Assembly (NCBI GenBank): GCA_023213395.1
Contig: CM041465.1
Coordinates: forward strand, 187,123,741-187,187,740
Direction of reading: 5' to 3'
Origin: Cycas panzhihuaensis
Lineage: Eukaryota; Plantae; Cycadophyta
Length of the DNA stretch: 64,000 nucleotides
The translations under genes were made by a program, and so were the position numbers. Shown in pieces: positions 12,950 through 28,400 of this stretch. Position 1 is the stretch's first letter. Every line of letters starts with the position of its first letter. The notes beneath the pieces were generated by a model. It was given only the letters and a program-made list of their open reading frames with translations, made no database searches and had not been told where the DNA came from.

Positions 12950-15900
12950 CTTTATTATTAGAGGAGGTCGTTAGCCCCTCAATATAATCTATTAGAATAA
13001 TCACCTTAGGATCTTTAATAATACCCCAATCCTTAGTTCGATGTGGATTAATTTGGAGGCATTATTAAAGAAAAGATGGTAATGAATTTTTACCCATATA
13101 GGCTTATACTTAGCCTTGGGGTTACCATGCATCACATACTTAACTTTGATATGTAACTCAACCATTAGCTTATATTCTCCATTAGATAGGGGCTTATTAA
13201 CTTTAGTAACTAATTCATGGGCTTCAAAAAAATATCTTAGTAGCCTAATATTGTAAAACTAATAGGAGAGAGGTGACTATAGTTTTTATTAGAAGAGGGC
13301 CTCATTCTAAAATAGGCAGATGCACTAGTAGGGTATATGAGGTAGAAGGATATAAACTAGTCAAATGATCAATTTACTTATGAGCTAAAAAAGACACATT
13401 CTTATCCATGATGTATTGATGTAGAACAAGCTTTAGAAGTTGATAGCTTGAGAAGATAGGCAGTTCAAAAGCCTCCATAACTCAAGCTAAACTTCACTAG
13501 TAAAAGGGCAATATAAGAATAAATAGTTAATACTCTCTTCTACCCATCTATATAACATGCATATAAATGGCCCTATGATCTACCTTTTACATAAGTTTTT
13601 TAATACTAAGATAACTCTATACATCACTAGCTAAATGAAGTGATTAATTTTAAGAATTAATGGGTTACCTTGTAGCTATCTACAACCTATGGAACTTAAT
13701 GGATTCAAGATAACCTTCTCCTCCTACATTAGTCTAAAATCATCCTTGATAGCATATAAACTTAGTCTCGAGTAAGCCCCCTATATTAACTCATCTTCTC
13801 CCTCTTAGATTTTGATCTTTCATTAGAAATCATTAGCTTAAAATTCTCATATTATGGATGGAGAAAGCAAGGAATTCCTAGCCAATCGTCAACCCCTTTT
13901 AAGGTCTAAGGCAAAAATTTGCCTTCTCTTTTTCTAAAGAACTTAGTAACTTCATGATTCCTTTACGATCTAAACCATATCTGGAGGCCTACAATTAGCA
14001 TGTTACTATTGATTAGTGGTAGCCCTTAAATTAGATCCATCCACACATCAATCTTACTACCATCATTAGTCTTCCATGATATTCTTACATTAAACAACTT
14101 GACATTGCATAGATCTTTCTACAAATTAGGGACCCAACCTTATACAACATCAAGTTTAGGTTTAAGACACATAATTTTACTCCACCCAAGTATTTATGTG
14201 TTAATATTCTAGTGAATAGGGAGCAAGGTTTAATTAGTATTCTCCAAATGATCTTAGCTCCACATAATATAGGAGTCTATGCCATGGGCCTAACCCCTAA
14301 CCCTCCAAAGTCCTTGGGTATATACATTGTGTCCCATTGTATAAGATGGGATTTTTTGCACAATAAATTGTAGGCTTCTTTCTACAAAAAGACTCTAACT
14401 AGTTTTCCTATCTTATCTAATAGCTCAATAAGGATATGACTACCATCCATTAGATAGATGAGAATAAATCCTAAAATTACTTTAACTAGAATTACTAAGC
14501 TAGCAAAAGAAAGCTATATAGAAGTCCATGAATTAATTTTAAGACTAAATCCCTCTATGACATCCTTCTGCTAGGATATCCCTTATTTTTTATAAACCAT
14601 AGGGACTCTAATGTAAGTAAAAAACTAACCTTCACTTAATGGGAATCTTAAGATTAATTTCAACTTACATGGTAGTGCACTAGGCTAATTGGAAGCCTTA
14701 ACTTTGTATTTTCTAGTATTGATTTTGGGCCCAAACATTAGGTAAAAGTAATCAAGAATGTTTTTTATTCTCCTAGCTTCACTTATTAATGCATTATTAA
14801 ATAATAACAAATCATCAATAAATTGACTATAGATGATATATTCCATCCCTAAAGTTATAAAGACCCTACTCAAATGTTTAAGTCTTCACTCTTGAGATAA
14901 TGTTCTACTCAAGGCTTCTACCATAATTTTAAAAAGTATAGGAGATAAGGAAAAACCTTATCTAATACCATTCTATGCACTAAAGAAGTCTATAGAACAA
15001 CCATTAATGAGAACTAAGAATGAGGTTGTACAGATACAACCTTAACCCACTTAATCCATATTTTGTCAAATCTTATTTTAGCTAGAATCTTCAATAGAAA
15101 TTCCCAATGGAGTTGATCAAAAGCATTCACAAAGTTGAGATTGACCATCATGGTCTTCTTCTTAGACACGGGTAGAGTGGAGAATCTCCTGAGTAATGGT
15201 TACTTGATTAGTAATCTAAGTTCCTTTCACTACCCCATCCTATTCTATTGAGATCAAAGATGGCAAGATTTCTTAAAGCCTATTATCCATGTCTTTAGCA
15301 ATAATTTTATAAGAGTAGTTACATAGTGAGATGGGCCTAAACTTATCCATACTAGGTGTGCATTTATCCTTTGGGATTAGAGCTAAGAAGGTTGAGTTCA
15401 ATGCCTCCAACATATTCCATGGCCTCCTAGATTCCTTTGTCATCTAGAAAAGGTCAGTCTTAATTATCTTCTATATTACTTGGAAGAAGTTAGCTTGAAG
15501 ACCATATATCCTTAGAGATTATTAGGTTGCATTACAAAAACCACCTTATGCACTTATCTATAGTGACTAATTTGATTAGGTTAGAGTTCATCTTAGATGT
15601 AACCATCCTTTAAATGGTCATCAATATCTTAGATTGATCATAATATCTATCTACTTAGTCTTATAGGAATAATGTAAAGAAATGATTATTAATTAAATAT
15701 CTTCTTGGGAACAAATAATATGGCCTTCTTTCTATCTATTTAGCCTTCACTACCTTATAAAATAACTAAGAATTGGTATCTCCTTATTTTAACCACAACA
15801 TATGAGAGCAAAGTCTTACAAAGGCATCTAGATCTTTTTTAATAGGCTCTAATCTTTTAAGAAGATCTTCTTCTTCCATTTGGTCATTGGTGGAGTTAGA

Positions 15901-16860
15901 ACCTAATTTCATCTTCTTATTTAGAGCCTTTAGTTTCTTCTTAATCTAGAGTTGCTCCTCCCTAGATTAATACATGAGGCAACATTACTACTTGAGGTTG
16001 CTCTTAATATAACACAACTTGGAATGGAAAATATACAATTTTGTCCCTAAAAATTAAGTTTCATTCTACTATTACTTAATCAAAGGAATACATTCATGAT
16101 GATTTATTAATCCTAGGTTAAACTTAAATAGAGATTTCCTATGAGTTTGTATACTTGATAACTTGAGGAGGATTAGGACATGATCTGATCTTTACTAAGT
16201 TAAAATTCTATGCTATACCTTAGTAGAGTCTAGTAATGAATAGGATATTAGGAACCTATCGAGCCTTTCCATAATTTATGCTTGACTATATCTCTTATTA
16301 ATCTAAGTGAAAGTCCCATTAGTTGGCTCTACATCCACTAACATTCTGTCATCTGTCATACTTTTAAATATCTCTATTTGATTACTTAATAGAAAGTGAC
16401 CACCATGGTTTTCACTTGGATATGGAATTAGATTCAACTCTTTTCCAATGATCTAATTTAGGTGGATTTCCATCTTACCATGCTACCACATATCGAGCCA
16501 ACAACATTTGGCTAATAAAAAATAGATTGGGCCATACATATTAGTAATATCAATCACCTTGTCGCTACCTGTAACTTAAACTTTAGTCTTTATCTAGTCC
16601 CTCTCTTTGCTAATCTCTATTAAATGAAGGGTTTTATGATCCCTTCATATAATGATACCTCCAGATTGGACCTAGGCACTAATTCTAATAATTTAGAATG
16701 ATTTGTCAATCCATGTGTTCTTCCACTCTTTAGCTTCTCTTTTAGATAACTTTTTCTCTTGGAGGAGAACAACATTAGGGTTTCATTCCTTAATCTATTC
16801 CTTAAGGGTTCACTTTGAGGAGGTCAAACCCAACCTTCTTATGTTCTAAGAAACTATTAT
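12950..16860 (-). pseudogene. LINE ORF2 (APE endonuclease, RT, zf-RVT), disrupted
   Basis: Minus-strand motifs: VVLLQEK (~16770), ERLDRFL (~16260), SDH (~16185), FLALIPK (~15380), FRPISLCN (~15330), GIR*GFSLSP (~14955) and SQFIDDLLLF (ORF 14685-14873). Ends are approximate. Confidence 0.9.
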
Positions 16861-16899
16861 CATTACTGCCCTAGGTAGGTAGGGCCCTTTCTTACTCTT

Positions 16900-18500
16900 G
16901 ATCTACCTTAAGGTAGACTAGAGATCTCACCCTAAAGAACTTCTGAGCCTTGGTTTTCTATAATAAAATTAATTATTAGGGCTTGAATTCTATTTTATAA
17001 ACATCTCCTCACTTTAAAATTATGAAGTTTATTAATAGGCCTTTTACCTTTCTTTTTGTCCATGTCCCCATAATCCATTTGAGCTTTACTAATATGGGTC
17101 AACATAATGCTACCCCTTACTCTAGATAGTGAAGTTGCCTTAAGAATAAGAATGTTTAAACTGACATTCAACATCTTATTCATTTCATGCTCTATGCTAG
17201 CTTGAAGGCTTTAAGTTTTGGGTGTAAACTTTGTCTTATGTGTTTCACTTCCCATAAACACATCCACACCAATTAGGGGAGAATGATAGGGATTCATAAT
17301 AACTAGAATGGACTTTTGACCTACCTTTAGTGTTAAGAAGTCCCATCCTTCAAGGGCTCCAACTTTAATATGAGCACTTCTTGTCATGTAGTTAGCATCA
17401 CACTATCCACCATAAATCTTAGTCATGTCCTTCTGCTACATAGAAGGAGGGTCAACTTCTCACTCACCATCAAGGTCATCAACCTTATCCATACCTTCAC
17501 TAATTAAACTTTGATACATATTATCTGATATTGTCTTCTAGTTGGATTGTTAGCTATAAGCACATACAAGCCTCATTTGACCTTTATATTACACTTGGAC
17601 AAAGCCTTCATTACCCACTCGATTCAAGAGTAGTCTAGAAATGGTGTTTTTTTGAAGATATTCTTGTACAATATGTTTGTACTTATGACATAGTCCATAC
17701 TTAAATAGGACTTATTCATAATCAATATCTTCTATCTCAATGTGGTTCTCCAAACTCATCTCTATCTACTATAGGAGGTCCTTTATGACATCCACTTCTA
17801 TATAAATCTAGGAAAAGGATGTAACCTATCGGATAAAGTAGTTTCCATAACCTTGAGAAATAATTTTAAGGATGAACCAACCACCTGAAAAGCTTTTTCA
17901 CTCTAGAATTATAAAGGAAATAAGGGAATCTTAACCCAAACTAGGATGGAACTAGGAATCTCTTACCAAGGATCAAAAGGCATCTCTTAAAATTTCATAA
18001 ACATCCTACTTCATGCCATAAATTAGGGTCCCTTATTAAAATTCATGTTCCTATCATTGGGATTTTTAAATAGGACCACAAATAAACCTCAACCAATAGT
18101 GTAAACATCAAGTTCCTAAGAGATTATTTAGACCTAGTTAGTTCTGGTCCATGCTTGTAAACCTCTAGGTAAAGGCCATAGATTGAATAAGTGACACATA
18201 AGATTATAGTTATTCAATGGCCCAAATTCTTTAGATAAATGGCTTTCTTCTAATTTAAGATGTGATGTAGTCCACTTTTGTTTTACACATTTGCCTTATT
18301 TGGGGGCTTAATTATTTGACCCATTTTATGAAGGCCTAGCCTTAAAAGAACCCATCTAATGTTACAACCCACCCTCTCTTAAATCTGCCTTAAAGGTTTA
18401 TATCCACCTCTCTTGTCACTATAATAATAGAATGGGGCATATAATTGCTCACTCCAAACTCCCACTACTAACAAAACCTTTTATGACTTGATATATAAAA
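16900..18500 (-). pseudogene. LINE ORF1 (DUF4283/zinc-knuckle type), disrupted
   Basis: Minus-strand GP.F (~18025), VWVK (~17935) and a degenerate knuckle F.YGLCHKYKH (~17680-17705), upstream of ORF2. Boundaries are approximate. Confidence 0.7.
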
Positions 18501-19819
18501 ATTGCCTATAACCCTAGCTTCCTCCACATCCATGTTTACTCCCCTTATGGTCATACCACTATTAATACATATACTAGCTATTTTTTAACTAGTGAATATT
18601 AATTACACTATTGTTAAGCAATTATTATGAAATAAATCTTGAGTTCCATAAGACTAGACTAATGGGAGAAGATAGAATCATAAAAGGTATATAACTTCTT
18701 TATATTGAGTCCATTTTTAACGCATAAATGCTTGATCCGCTCTACTCAAGGAGATCTACATAATGAAGTAGATAATATCAATAATTGCATTTAATATCAA
18801 AATGAAAAATGTAAAAGAAAGTAATATTAGGTGAGCAACCATAAAAAGTGCTTATGTTAATTAAAATGGACTACTTGTAGGGATATAGACTTATGTGAAG
18901 ATGAAATAAACACTTAGAGGAGCTTGGAAAATAGTGCAAAATAATAATAAACAAAAGAAATGTTATGTTGGAGGAAAAAATGTTTTAGGCACTGACTTAG
19001 TTTACTCTAGCTCTAAAACATACAAGAGATGTTGTTAAAGATATAATCATTATGAGAGATGTGATATACATAAGTAAACCAAACAAATATTTAATCAAAT
19101 ATAGTATAAGGTAAAGATCAAGTACATATAGATAATCAAATATGGTATTAAGTAAATAATAAATAATAAATAATAAATATATATTTAATAAGAGAGAAAA
19201 TAAAATCATATATAACATTCCTAGATTTTGGGTGAAGGGCAAAAATTAAGGAAACACTTAACATTTGATCTCACTCTAGCATATCCCAACACAAAATATA
19301 TAGTGTCTACATATACATATATAAAAGGTAATAATAGAATGTTCATACAAAATACGAAAGGAATTTATTACAAATCACAAAAACTAAATAATTAAGAAAT
19401 GAATTGCCTTATACATGATTTTCAACTAACAACAATTGCATATGTTTTAAAAATTTGAAGACATTTTTTATTAAGAAAGAAGTTATAGTTAAGGACTAAC
19501 CATGATATTCTAAAATATCTTTTTATATAGTCACAACTAGATGCTAAATAAAAGAGATGGGTATAATTCTTAAGTAAGTACAACTTCGACATAAAGCATG
19601 TCAATGGAAAAGAGAATAAGGTTATAGATACTTTTGAGTCATAGGAGGCCTACTAATTTCACCAATATCACTCAATCAAATGTAGGATTGACATGTATCA
19701 TTTTGACTTATGCTATTAACAATGGACTAGATCTCAAACCTGATTATATTAATAATGTATAATTAGAGTTTAGATTGACTCATGATGATAGCATATGACT
19801 AAGACTAAAATCAATATAT

Positions 19820-20161
19820 GTCACTTCTATTAGTGTTACTTGGCTAGATTTGAAGATAATTATAAAGAAATAGTTAATAAATGATGAATGGTATAAAAAG
19901 GTGAAGGAATTTCTTAATAATCAAGGTCAACATAAATTAATAGATGATAAATGGGTAACGTATATAGATTATTAATAATTAAATGATGGACTCCTTTTAT
20001 TTAACCAACAAGTGCATGTTTTAATTGATGTTGTAGCAAGAAGATTGATCATGGAGGAAGCTTATGACATCCCATATTCAACACATCTAGGTTATCAGAA
20101 AACTTATATAATAATAAAGAAGAACTACTTTGAGACAATAATAAAGAGGGTTATAATTAGT
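19820..20161 (+). pseudogene. Ty3/gypsy integrase zinc-finger fragment interrupted by a solo LTR
   Basis: DGLLLFN..V....RRLIMEEAYDIPYSTHLGYQKTY...KKNYF (ORF 20012). A C.V.Q-like continuation follows after 21291. Confidence 0.8.
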
Positions 20162-21286
20162 TGTGTAATATCCCACTTGGTACCTACTATATATACCTTA
20201 TTAAATATACTATATTTTTTTATAAATGTTTTATCTTATTTTTTATTTATATTTCATATTATAGTATGATATTATGTGATCTTGAAGGTGAGAGGGCTAT
20301 GTAAATATGATACATACATGCAAATACTTTGAGCTCTATGTATCCATATATTGTAATTGATATAAATATAAAGTCCACGAAATAAATATAGATTGATTGT
20401 TTAGAGAAAATAAAATAAGAGGGGTTACATGATAGGAATAAGAGGGGAATATCTTAAGGGGTAAGTTCTAGAAGCCATGAGTTTTATATGTAGTCCATTT
20501 TAATAACTCTAATTCTCTAACTTGTACCATTCATATGATGGAAAAAGGTATTAATAATGGTAACTTTATGAGAACAAGATGGGGATCTTAATTTTGGGGT
20601 TAGTATGGAATTTAGATGTCCTTTTATTTACTTTAGGAGATCTTACATGGACTTGAGGATCTTAGCACTTACTTTAGAGGACTTTGTATCTAATTTGAGG
20701 AGACTTACTTAGGGGAGTTTTTCATTCTTAAAAGAGAGGAAGTTTTCATTCAAAAAATGAGAGGAGCACATTTAGAGAAGGAAGGAAGAAGAGATTGCTA
20801 AGCATGGCTTATATTATAAAGTTAGACTTGATTGAGATTTATTATTCAATGATACTTTATTAATCTTCCTTATGTTATACGTGATAGAATTAATGATGTT
20901 AGTAAGATAATAATATTGCAATAGGTATAATGCTTTCCTAGAAGAGATTAAAAATATTATCATTAATCTTATGCATAATATACATGAGTTTTTTCCATGG
21001 TAAGAAATGATATAATATGTGGCATGTAATAGAAACTTGGTTTATAAGCTTATATATTAATGACTTGGTTTAAGACCATGTATTAATAATATATATTGAT
21101 GTCTTATTCTAAGGCCATACATCAATAGTTTAATCTAAGACCATTGTGATAAGACACCACTTATCTTTAGATGATATAGTCTAGGACCATGTACATGTAT
21201 AGCCATTAGTTTTAGTCTTAACATATTGACATGATAAAGGGCTAAATGTAGTATGATACCATCATATGAGTCTTAGAGTTACTACA
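20162..21286. mobile_element. Solo LTR
   Basis: Starts TGTGTAAT and ends GTTACTACA (imperfect terminal inverted repeat). Flanked by TTAGT (20157-20161) and TTGGT (21287-21291), a 4/5 TSD. It interrupts the integrase fragment. Confidence 0.7.
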
Positions 21287-21469
21287 TTGGTCTATAGTGT
21301 TTTGTTTCCAGAAAAGGCTTAAAAAAGTGACTTGGATAATTTGAGGGAACTCACAAAATAGTCCCTTTTGAAAGAGGGTTATGAGTGTGGGAGAAAGATG
21401 ACTAAAAACTTTATAAAATAAAATGCTAATTAAAGTAGAAATTGAATAAATAAATAGACTAAATCAAAT

Positions 21470-21793
21470 TATAAGATAATGTTCAATCCATATTTTAATA
21501 AGTTGACGTATTTCCTCTTTGATATACACTAAGGGGCCATAGTATACAAACTTCTTCATGTATTTGGTCATTAGTTGATTAAGTGGCTTATGGTTTGTGA
21601 TTAGATAACTATGAAATAACATGTATGTATAAATATATATTGTGTTTTATAATACAATTAGAGGTGATCATGTTCCACAAGTATATTATGTTGCATATTA
21701 TATATATTTATTGCACCTATATGGCTTCATAGTCCTAATGTGTTTGATGTTATGTGTACATAATATTAAATCATAATTATGTAATTTTTAACA
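21470..21793 (+). repeat. 5' LTR of element A
   Basis: Colinear with 60541-60977; ends TTTTAACA before the PBS. Confidence 0.8.
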
Positions 21794-22455
21794 TGGTACT
21801 AAACCTATTGTCTGATCTAGGGGTGGATGTAAGTTTATAAGTGCATCTACCTTTTTATGTTGATTTGTAACTTATTTATATATACTTATTTATGACTAGC
21901 GAGGGGCGTTTTCTTATAAGGTAAAATTTGTTGCAAGTTGGTGAGAAGGTTTTCAAACTATATTTTGTGTAGAGTATCTAGAGCATGTTGGTGTATATAC
22001 CTAAAGAGCATGTTGGATACTTGAGGAGCCTAGGCCATGTTGGAATATGTATATGAATAGCATGTTTGTTCTCAAGCCATTGAAAAGCTAACTAGAGTGC
22101 AGATGTTATAGTTATTTGAATCCCATGAAAGTTTGTTACATGATTTTATTCATTTGATGGGATATTTTTATTACATTATAGTATTAAAATATGAGTATAC
22201 ATGTGAGTGTTATTTGTTATCCACAAATTAATCTTCAAATATAAGATTGATCACCCTATTAAAAATGTTTTATCCTTTGTTTTATTGAAGGCTAGGTTCA
22301 TTAAAGGTTTTGATATAAATTTGTACATGTGTGAAGTGTTATTTGATGCAACAATTATGTTGAGCTCCTGTTAATAATGATGTGGTTGATTTGATGATGA
22401 AATACAGATCATATCACATTCGTTTCAAAGGAAATCATAGATTTATAGTGAAATC

Positions 22456-25400
22456 TATTAAAACTATGATGATATCTTCTTATGTAAATGTACCTTTATA
22501 CCATCTTTATATTATTATATAATTAAATTATATTGTAAAGTTGTGTTGGGTCCATCCCTTATCAAATAATGGGCTAATTATATTAGATTAACATATCAGA
22601 TAACTATGTAATCTTATGAGGTGCTTTGAGACATACAAATATAGCTTAAACCCTCCTTCACATATGTGGAATTTCTATTGCTGAGAAAAACTGTACTAGA
22701 ATAAAGACCAAAGGCAATAGTCAATTTGCCCTTCCTATTTTGATCAATTAATTTAGTTTAAATAGTTAATTTACTATTTTCGATTTATATTCTATATTAT
22801 AAGAGAAGTATTTCAATTCATATCTTTTATTTTCACATGGCATTAGAGTTGATTCTCTTGGTTTGTGTGCACATACTATCGCAGGTTCACGTCCCTTTAG
22901 AAAATGATAAGGGAAATAGGACCCTATTTAAGTCTATTTGATAACCTATTTAGTTTTATTTAAGAAACATGACTCTATTTTAAATATACATCTATTTTAT
23001 CTCAGGCTTATTTATTCATTGTTCACCTCTATTCTTTCACCTACATGTAGTTTTATGCTTGTTGATATACCATTTTGCCCTCTAGTTGTAAGTAGTCTTG
23101 GTCCCAGCTACTTACTCTCCTATTGGATTGATGTATAGTCCCTCTACATGACCCAATTGTGATTATGATTGTGTCGAGTTCAACCTTATGTCATCAGGTT
23201 CTACTGGCTATTACATTCTTGGCTAAACTTGATGTGTCTATTACACCTACTTGTATGTCTATAGTCTCTTCTCTACATGCCTTGGTTGTAGTCAAATATC
23301 TTAGCTCTACTGGGTTGCAGACATGTCTCTTCATCTCCACATCCTCATCCCTACCTCCATTGTCTTGTTTAAGCTTGGGCAAGATTGGTGCAAGCCTTAT
23401 GCTATTTGATTCTCGTCTTCCCTACCTTATGAGAATGATCGTGGAGATTTTAAGGTGGATTGACCCCAATTTCACTCACTTTGATCTACATTCATCATCT
23501 TTATTCATCATAAATATCATATGGGATTTCATATTGCTTAATATTTGGTATATTTTTTAATTCTAAAGTTTTGTTTAATAAAACCAAATTAGAATTTGGT
23601 GTGGAGTTTGTAGCCCCCTCTTTTCTCTAGTGGGTGGTCATATGTAGGTGACTTATGAGTAGGGTCTAGCCTATTAAGGGGGCTTAAAGCCATCCCTTCT
23701 TCTTTGAACTTCATAAAGAGGTACTAATATAGTTTTTATTATAACTTTGCAATGGAGTGTCCATGTTTTGAACCATAAGATTTGTTGGATTTTTGACTCA
23801 GACCACTATAATTTGGAGCTATTTTTAGACCAATTTGTATAGTCTTTAAGGACCTTTGACCCTTCTAAAGTTGATCCTTTTTTTTTGTGTTATCTAAGAC
23901 TTGTTTCATTAATTGAAGGCTTATTTCACACTTTATAAAAGGAATTTATTGTTGTTTACTATTAATTATCATTTGATTGACTTTTCAACCTAATTTTTGG
24001 CTCACATTTATATTGCATTGTGGTTGTAGGTGCTCTACCTATGTGAGAAAGGTTGCTCTCTACTAGTAAGCATGGTCCTTTCCTTTGAGTCCTCTAAACC
24101 TATTCCCTTATCATTTATTTATATTTTTTTTTGTCTCCTTTATTTTTCTTTAAAAAAGAATCATTACCTTAAGCAAGATCATATTAAAAGGAACTTAAAT
24201 TCAAAAGATTGATAAAAATAATCTTGAATTGAACTATTAAAAGTTTTCAAACCTTATAAGGGTAATGGTTAGGACCCTTGAAGTTACCACTCCTCACATG
24301 CTTTTTCTCTTTCTCAAATGTTATAGATAATAGATAAAGACAATAACTATAAGGTGTATTAAGTGTTAGGTTGATGTGTAAACCCTTTTCTTAGAGTTTC
24401 AAGACTAGGCTAGACTCCGAGAGGTGAGTGCCTTGGTTTGTAGTCCTTTACTAGATTTGTCTCTTGGTATAAAATCAATATAGGTGGACACATAATGTCA
24501 AGGGATAGTCAACCTTATATGCTCATATACCTAGGTATATAGAGTTTAATTTACTCATGTACCAAAGTGTATAGAGTCTCTATACTACCATATATAGGTA
24601 GGTACGACTAGACTGAATAATAACTAAGGGCTTCCTGGAGACCCTTTAAAACTTTAGCATTCTAGGCTAGTAGTCCATTAGGTAGATAGAACACATAAAA
24701 GAAAAACACAAAATATAGAAGCTCAAATACTAGTTTCTAACACAATAAAGCTATCTAGAAGAAACAATTCTTTTGGCTTGGAAGAATTAATTTAAAAACT
24801 TATTAATTATAAATGGCTTTTTTCCATATATGAATGGGGACATTGTCAAACCTACACCTACTATGGATGCCAATAATCCTGATTAAGAAATCCCTCCTAA
24901 TCCTATTACCTTAAGTATATTTAGGGCTAAAGATAGTATTATCCTTTCCTTCCTTTATCTTATAGTTGAAGATACCATCAACTAAAATATTGAAACCACT
25001 AACACCTCACATGAAGCATGGAGCACTATATGTTCCCTTTATGAGAGGAAAGATAAGTCAAGATCTATCACATTAAAAGCTCATTTATTTACCATCCATT
25101 TTACTAGTTCCATTGCTTCCCACTTAATTGAAATAAGGACCATTAGAAACCAACTAAACACGCTTAGTGCCTTACTTTCAAACCATGACCTTGTGTTAAG
25201 TATAATCAATGTCATTCCTCTAGAGTATAACAACTTTGTTTCTAATTTATTTGATGCCTTTTCTATAATGGACTTTAATACTTTGGAAGGACTACTATTT
25301 GGGGAATAGAGTATATTGAATTGCTAAGGAGTAACACCCACTTCTGATTCTACTCCCACATTCTTAGCTAGGAATTATAGGAGGAACTAACCACAATAAT

Positions 25401-28400
25401 AATAACCTATAGCTTAGTAATTTGGTTCCTTAAACCTAGATGAATAATCTAAATGACCATAATCTTCTAGAAATCAACAACAATAAGAGAATGTCACCTG
25501 CCTATATTATGGTAAGAGTAGGCATGTCATTATAGACTATAGGAGAATACAATCTAACTTATAACTCATTCCAAATTAAAGTGGCTAATAAGAGGGGCAA
25601 AACTTCCAATAGAATAGAAACTAGGGAAGGAACCATAATCAAGGGAAAAATAACACACAACAACAATAATAAAAGAATCAACCAAGAAACCAAAGGAAAA
25701 ATGGGAACTAATAATAAGAAGGCCATATAGCTAATTCTCAGGCTAACTCCCAAAACTTATTTTTTGTAACATTGTCTTCTCATCATGATGATAACTCTTG
25801 GTTAATAGATTTTCATGCCACTTAGCATATGACTGGTACTAAAGAGTTAATTAAGGACACTCATCTTATAAAGGGATTAAATAATTACTTTTGGAAATAA
25901 TCTCACCTATGATGTGACAAAGATTAGGAGAGCTCCCATTTCCCTAAGGAACTCTAATGTTTGACACTATATGAGTAATATTCTACTTGTACTTGGTATG
26001 AAACTAAATTTGCTTTTAGTTAGCCAAATAGATAATCAGAACCTTGATGTTCTCTTTAGCCAGGGTATTTGCACTATTACTGATTATGCTGCTAGTCAAT
26101 TAATTGCTATAAGTTATGAGGATAATAGACTTTATAAGCTTAATGATGTTCCCCTCTTTACTACTCCATATCAAGATGCATGCACTATAGTACAAACTCC
26201 CCACCTTAACAAAGGTAAAGTAATTATAATTGAAGACCCACTTATTGAGGAAACTAAGGTGATTGTTCTTACAAGCAAGAGCAACCTCCTTCAAAATGCA
26301 CTAAGGACCAATTATGGCACTAACACCTAGGTCACCTTAACATGTAGAGCATCAAGCTTATGTACAAACTTCAAATGGTACATGGGTTACCTAAGATTAA
26401 ATGAAAAAATTATATTTGTGAGGCTTACATAGTTAGGAAGCAATGTAGAGAGCCATTTCCCTTAAAAAGAGCATGGCATACCTTTAAACCATTAGGGCCG
26501 GTTCACTCAAATATATGTAGATGCATGTCAACACCATCCCTCAATGGAATTTTATACTTTATCACCTTTATTGATGATTATTCTAGGAAAGTTTATGTCT
26601 ACTTTCTTCAGAATAAATTTGAAGCCTTCAATATGTTTAGAAATTTCAAAGCCAAAGTAGGAAATTGAGCCAATATTACTATTATAGTGTTGAGATCAGA
26701 TAATGGAGAAGAATATATATCTGAGCAATTCACCAATTTTGTTAAGAATTTAGAATTAGGTATCAATTCTCTACACCTCACACACCCTAATAGAATGGTG
26801 TAGCTTAGAGAATGAACAAGACTTTGGTAAATAAAGCTAAAGCAATGTTGAATGCTGCAAACCTTACTATCATTTTTGGGCCAAAGCTATATCTATTATT
26901 ACCTACTTAACAAACATAAGCGTAACTATAATAGTTAGAGAGATAAGACTTAAAGAGGCTGGATAGTCGAAAAGTCCATAGTCTCACATAATAAGATATT
27001 TAGTTATACTACCTATAAGTTTATTCCCAAGGAAAATAGAAAGAAATTTGATGATAAAAGCCTCAAATGCATATTCATTGGCTATGTACCTAAATGTAAA
27101 GCATATACAGTATATGAACCTATTGGGAAATAAGCATATATAACTTAGGATATTATCTTTGTTGAGAATAATTAAGACTTGGACCCTCGTAGCTCTAGTT
27201 TATAACAGATGATGGAATTTGCTATGCTAGAAGTGCCTCATATACTAATTGTCAAGCCTTCTATTCCATCAATAACTTACACTCTAAGTCCATCCTTACA
27301 TTTTCTTGCTTCACCCTCAACTTTAACTACCACCTACGCAATGCTACTTATTTCACCAAATAATCTCTAAATAGAAGTATCTAATATCCAAAAACTCCCT
27401 AAATAGTACCTACAAGTGATAAAAGATGTACCTCCTTCTCCTCCTACTCCCAAGAGAGAATAAAGACTTAGGAATTCAATAAATTATGCCTTAATGGAAC
27501 ATGTTCTTGATACTCTTGAGCCTTCCATATTTGAGGAGGTAGTTATAAATGAAACATGGAAAGTTATCATTGACAAAGAAATGAACTCTATCATAAAAAT
27601 TAACATATGGGAGCTCATAGAATTGCCATCTAGTAAGAAGTTGATTGATTGTTGATGGCTTTATAAAACCAAGTTTCATGCCAATGGCTCTATTGAGTGT
27701 CATAAAGCTCAATTGGTAGCAAAAATATTTAAACAATAAGAGGTGATAAACTATGAAGAAACTTTTGCTCTTATAGCTAATATGACTACATTCTATATGG
27801 TAATGTCACTTGCAACAAGATTTAGATGGCTCATGTATCAGATGGATGTGAAGAGTGCCTTCCTTAATGGAGAGGTTATAGAAGAAGTTTTTCTGAGATA
27901 AAATCACAACTATGTTATTTTAGAAAAAGAACACCTAGTTTATAAACTTAAGAAACCTATTTATAGACTTAAGTAGGCACCTTATGCCTGGTATGCCAAA
28001 ATTAATGCCTTTTTCGTAGTACATAGAGTTATTCATTCATCCTTTAATCCTAATCTTTATTTTTAAATTTAGAACAATTTAATCACTATTATTGTTCTTT
28101 ATGTAGATGACTTGGTAATCATAGGGATTGATAATGAAGAAATAGCTTGTCTCTAGTATAAACTCAAAAGTAACTTTGAGAGGATTAACCTTGGGTTGCT
28201 TTATTATTTCCTTAGTATTAAGGTGTGGTAGGAACCTAAATGCATATTTCTATCAGAATCTAAGTATGCAAATGAACTCCTACAATGATTTAGAATGAGC
28301 AACTATAAACCTTCTCTTACATCAATAAAAATAGGGACTAAGCTCACATTATATAAACAAGACAAGCCTTTTGATCCTACTTGATACCAACAGCTAGTAG

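Larger units (their letters stand above)
10488..18586 (-). mobile_element. L1-clade LINE, apparently full length, decayed
   Basis: An exact 13-bp direct repeat AACTAGTGAATAT at 10475-10487 and 18587-18599 (17/18 when extended) serves as the TSD. There is an A-rich tail on the minus strand at 10488-10500, and ORF1 and ORF2 motifs lie in the correct order. Confidence 0.85.

Noticed and set aside
23159-23560. ORFs in the leader of B as a captured gene
   Set aside because: The composition is suggestive but no frame shows a recognisable motif; it cannot be supported without a search.
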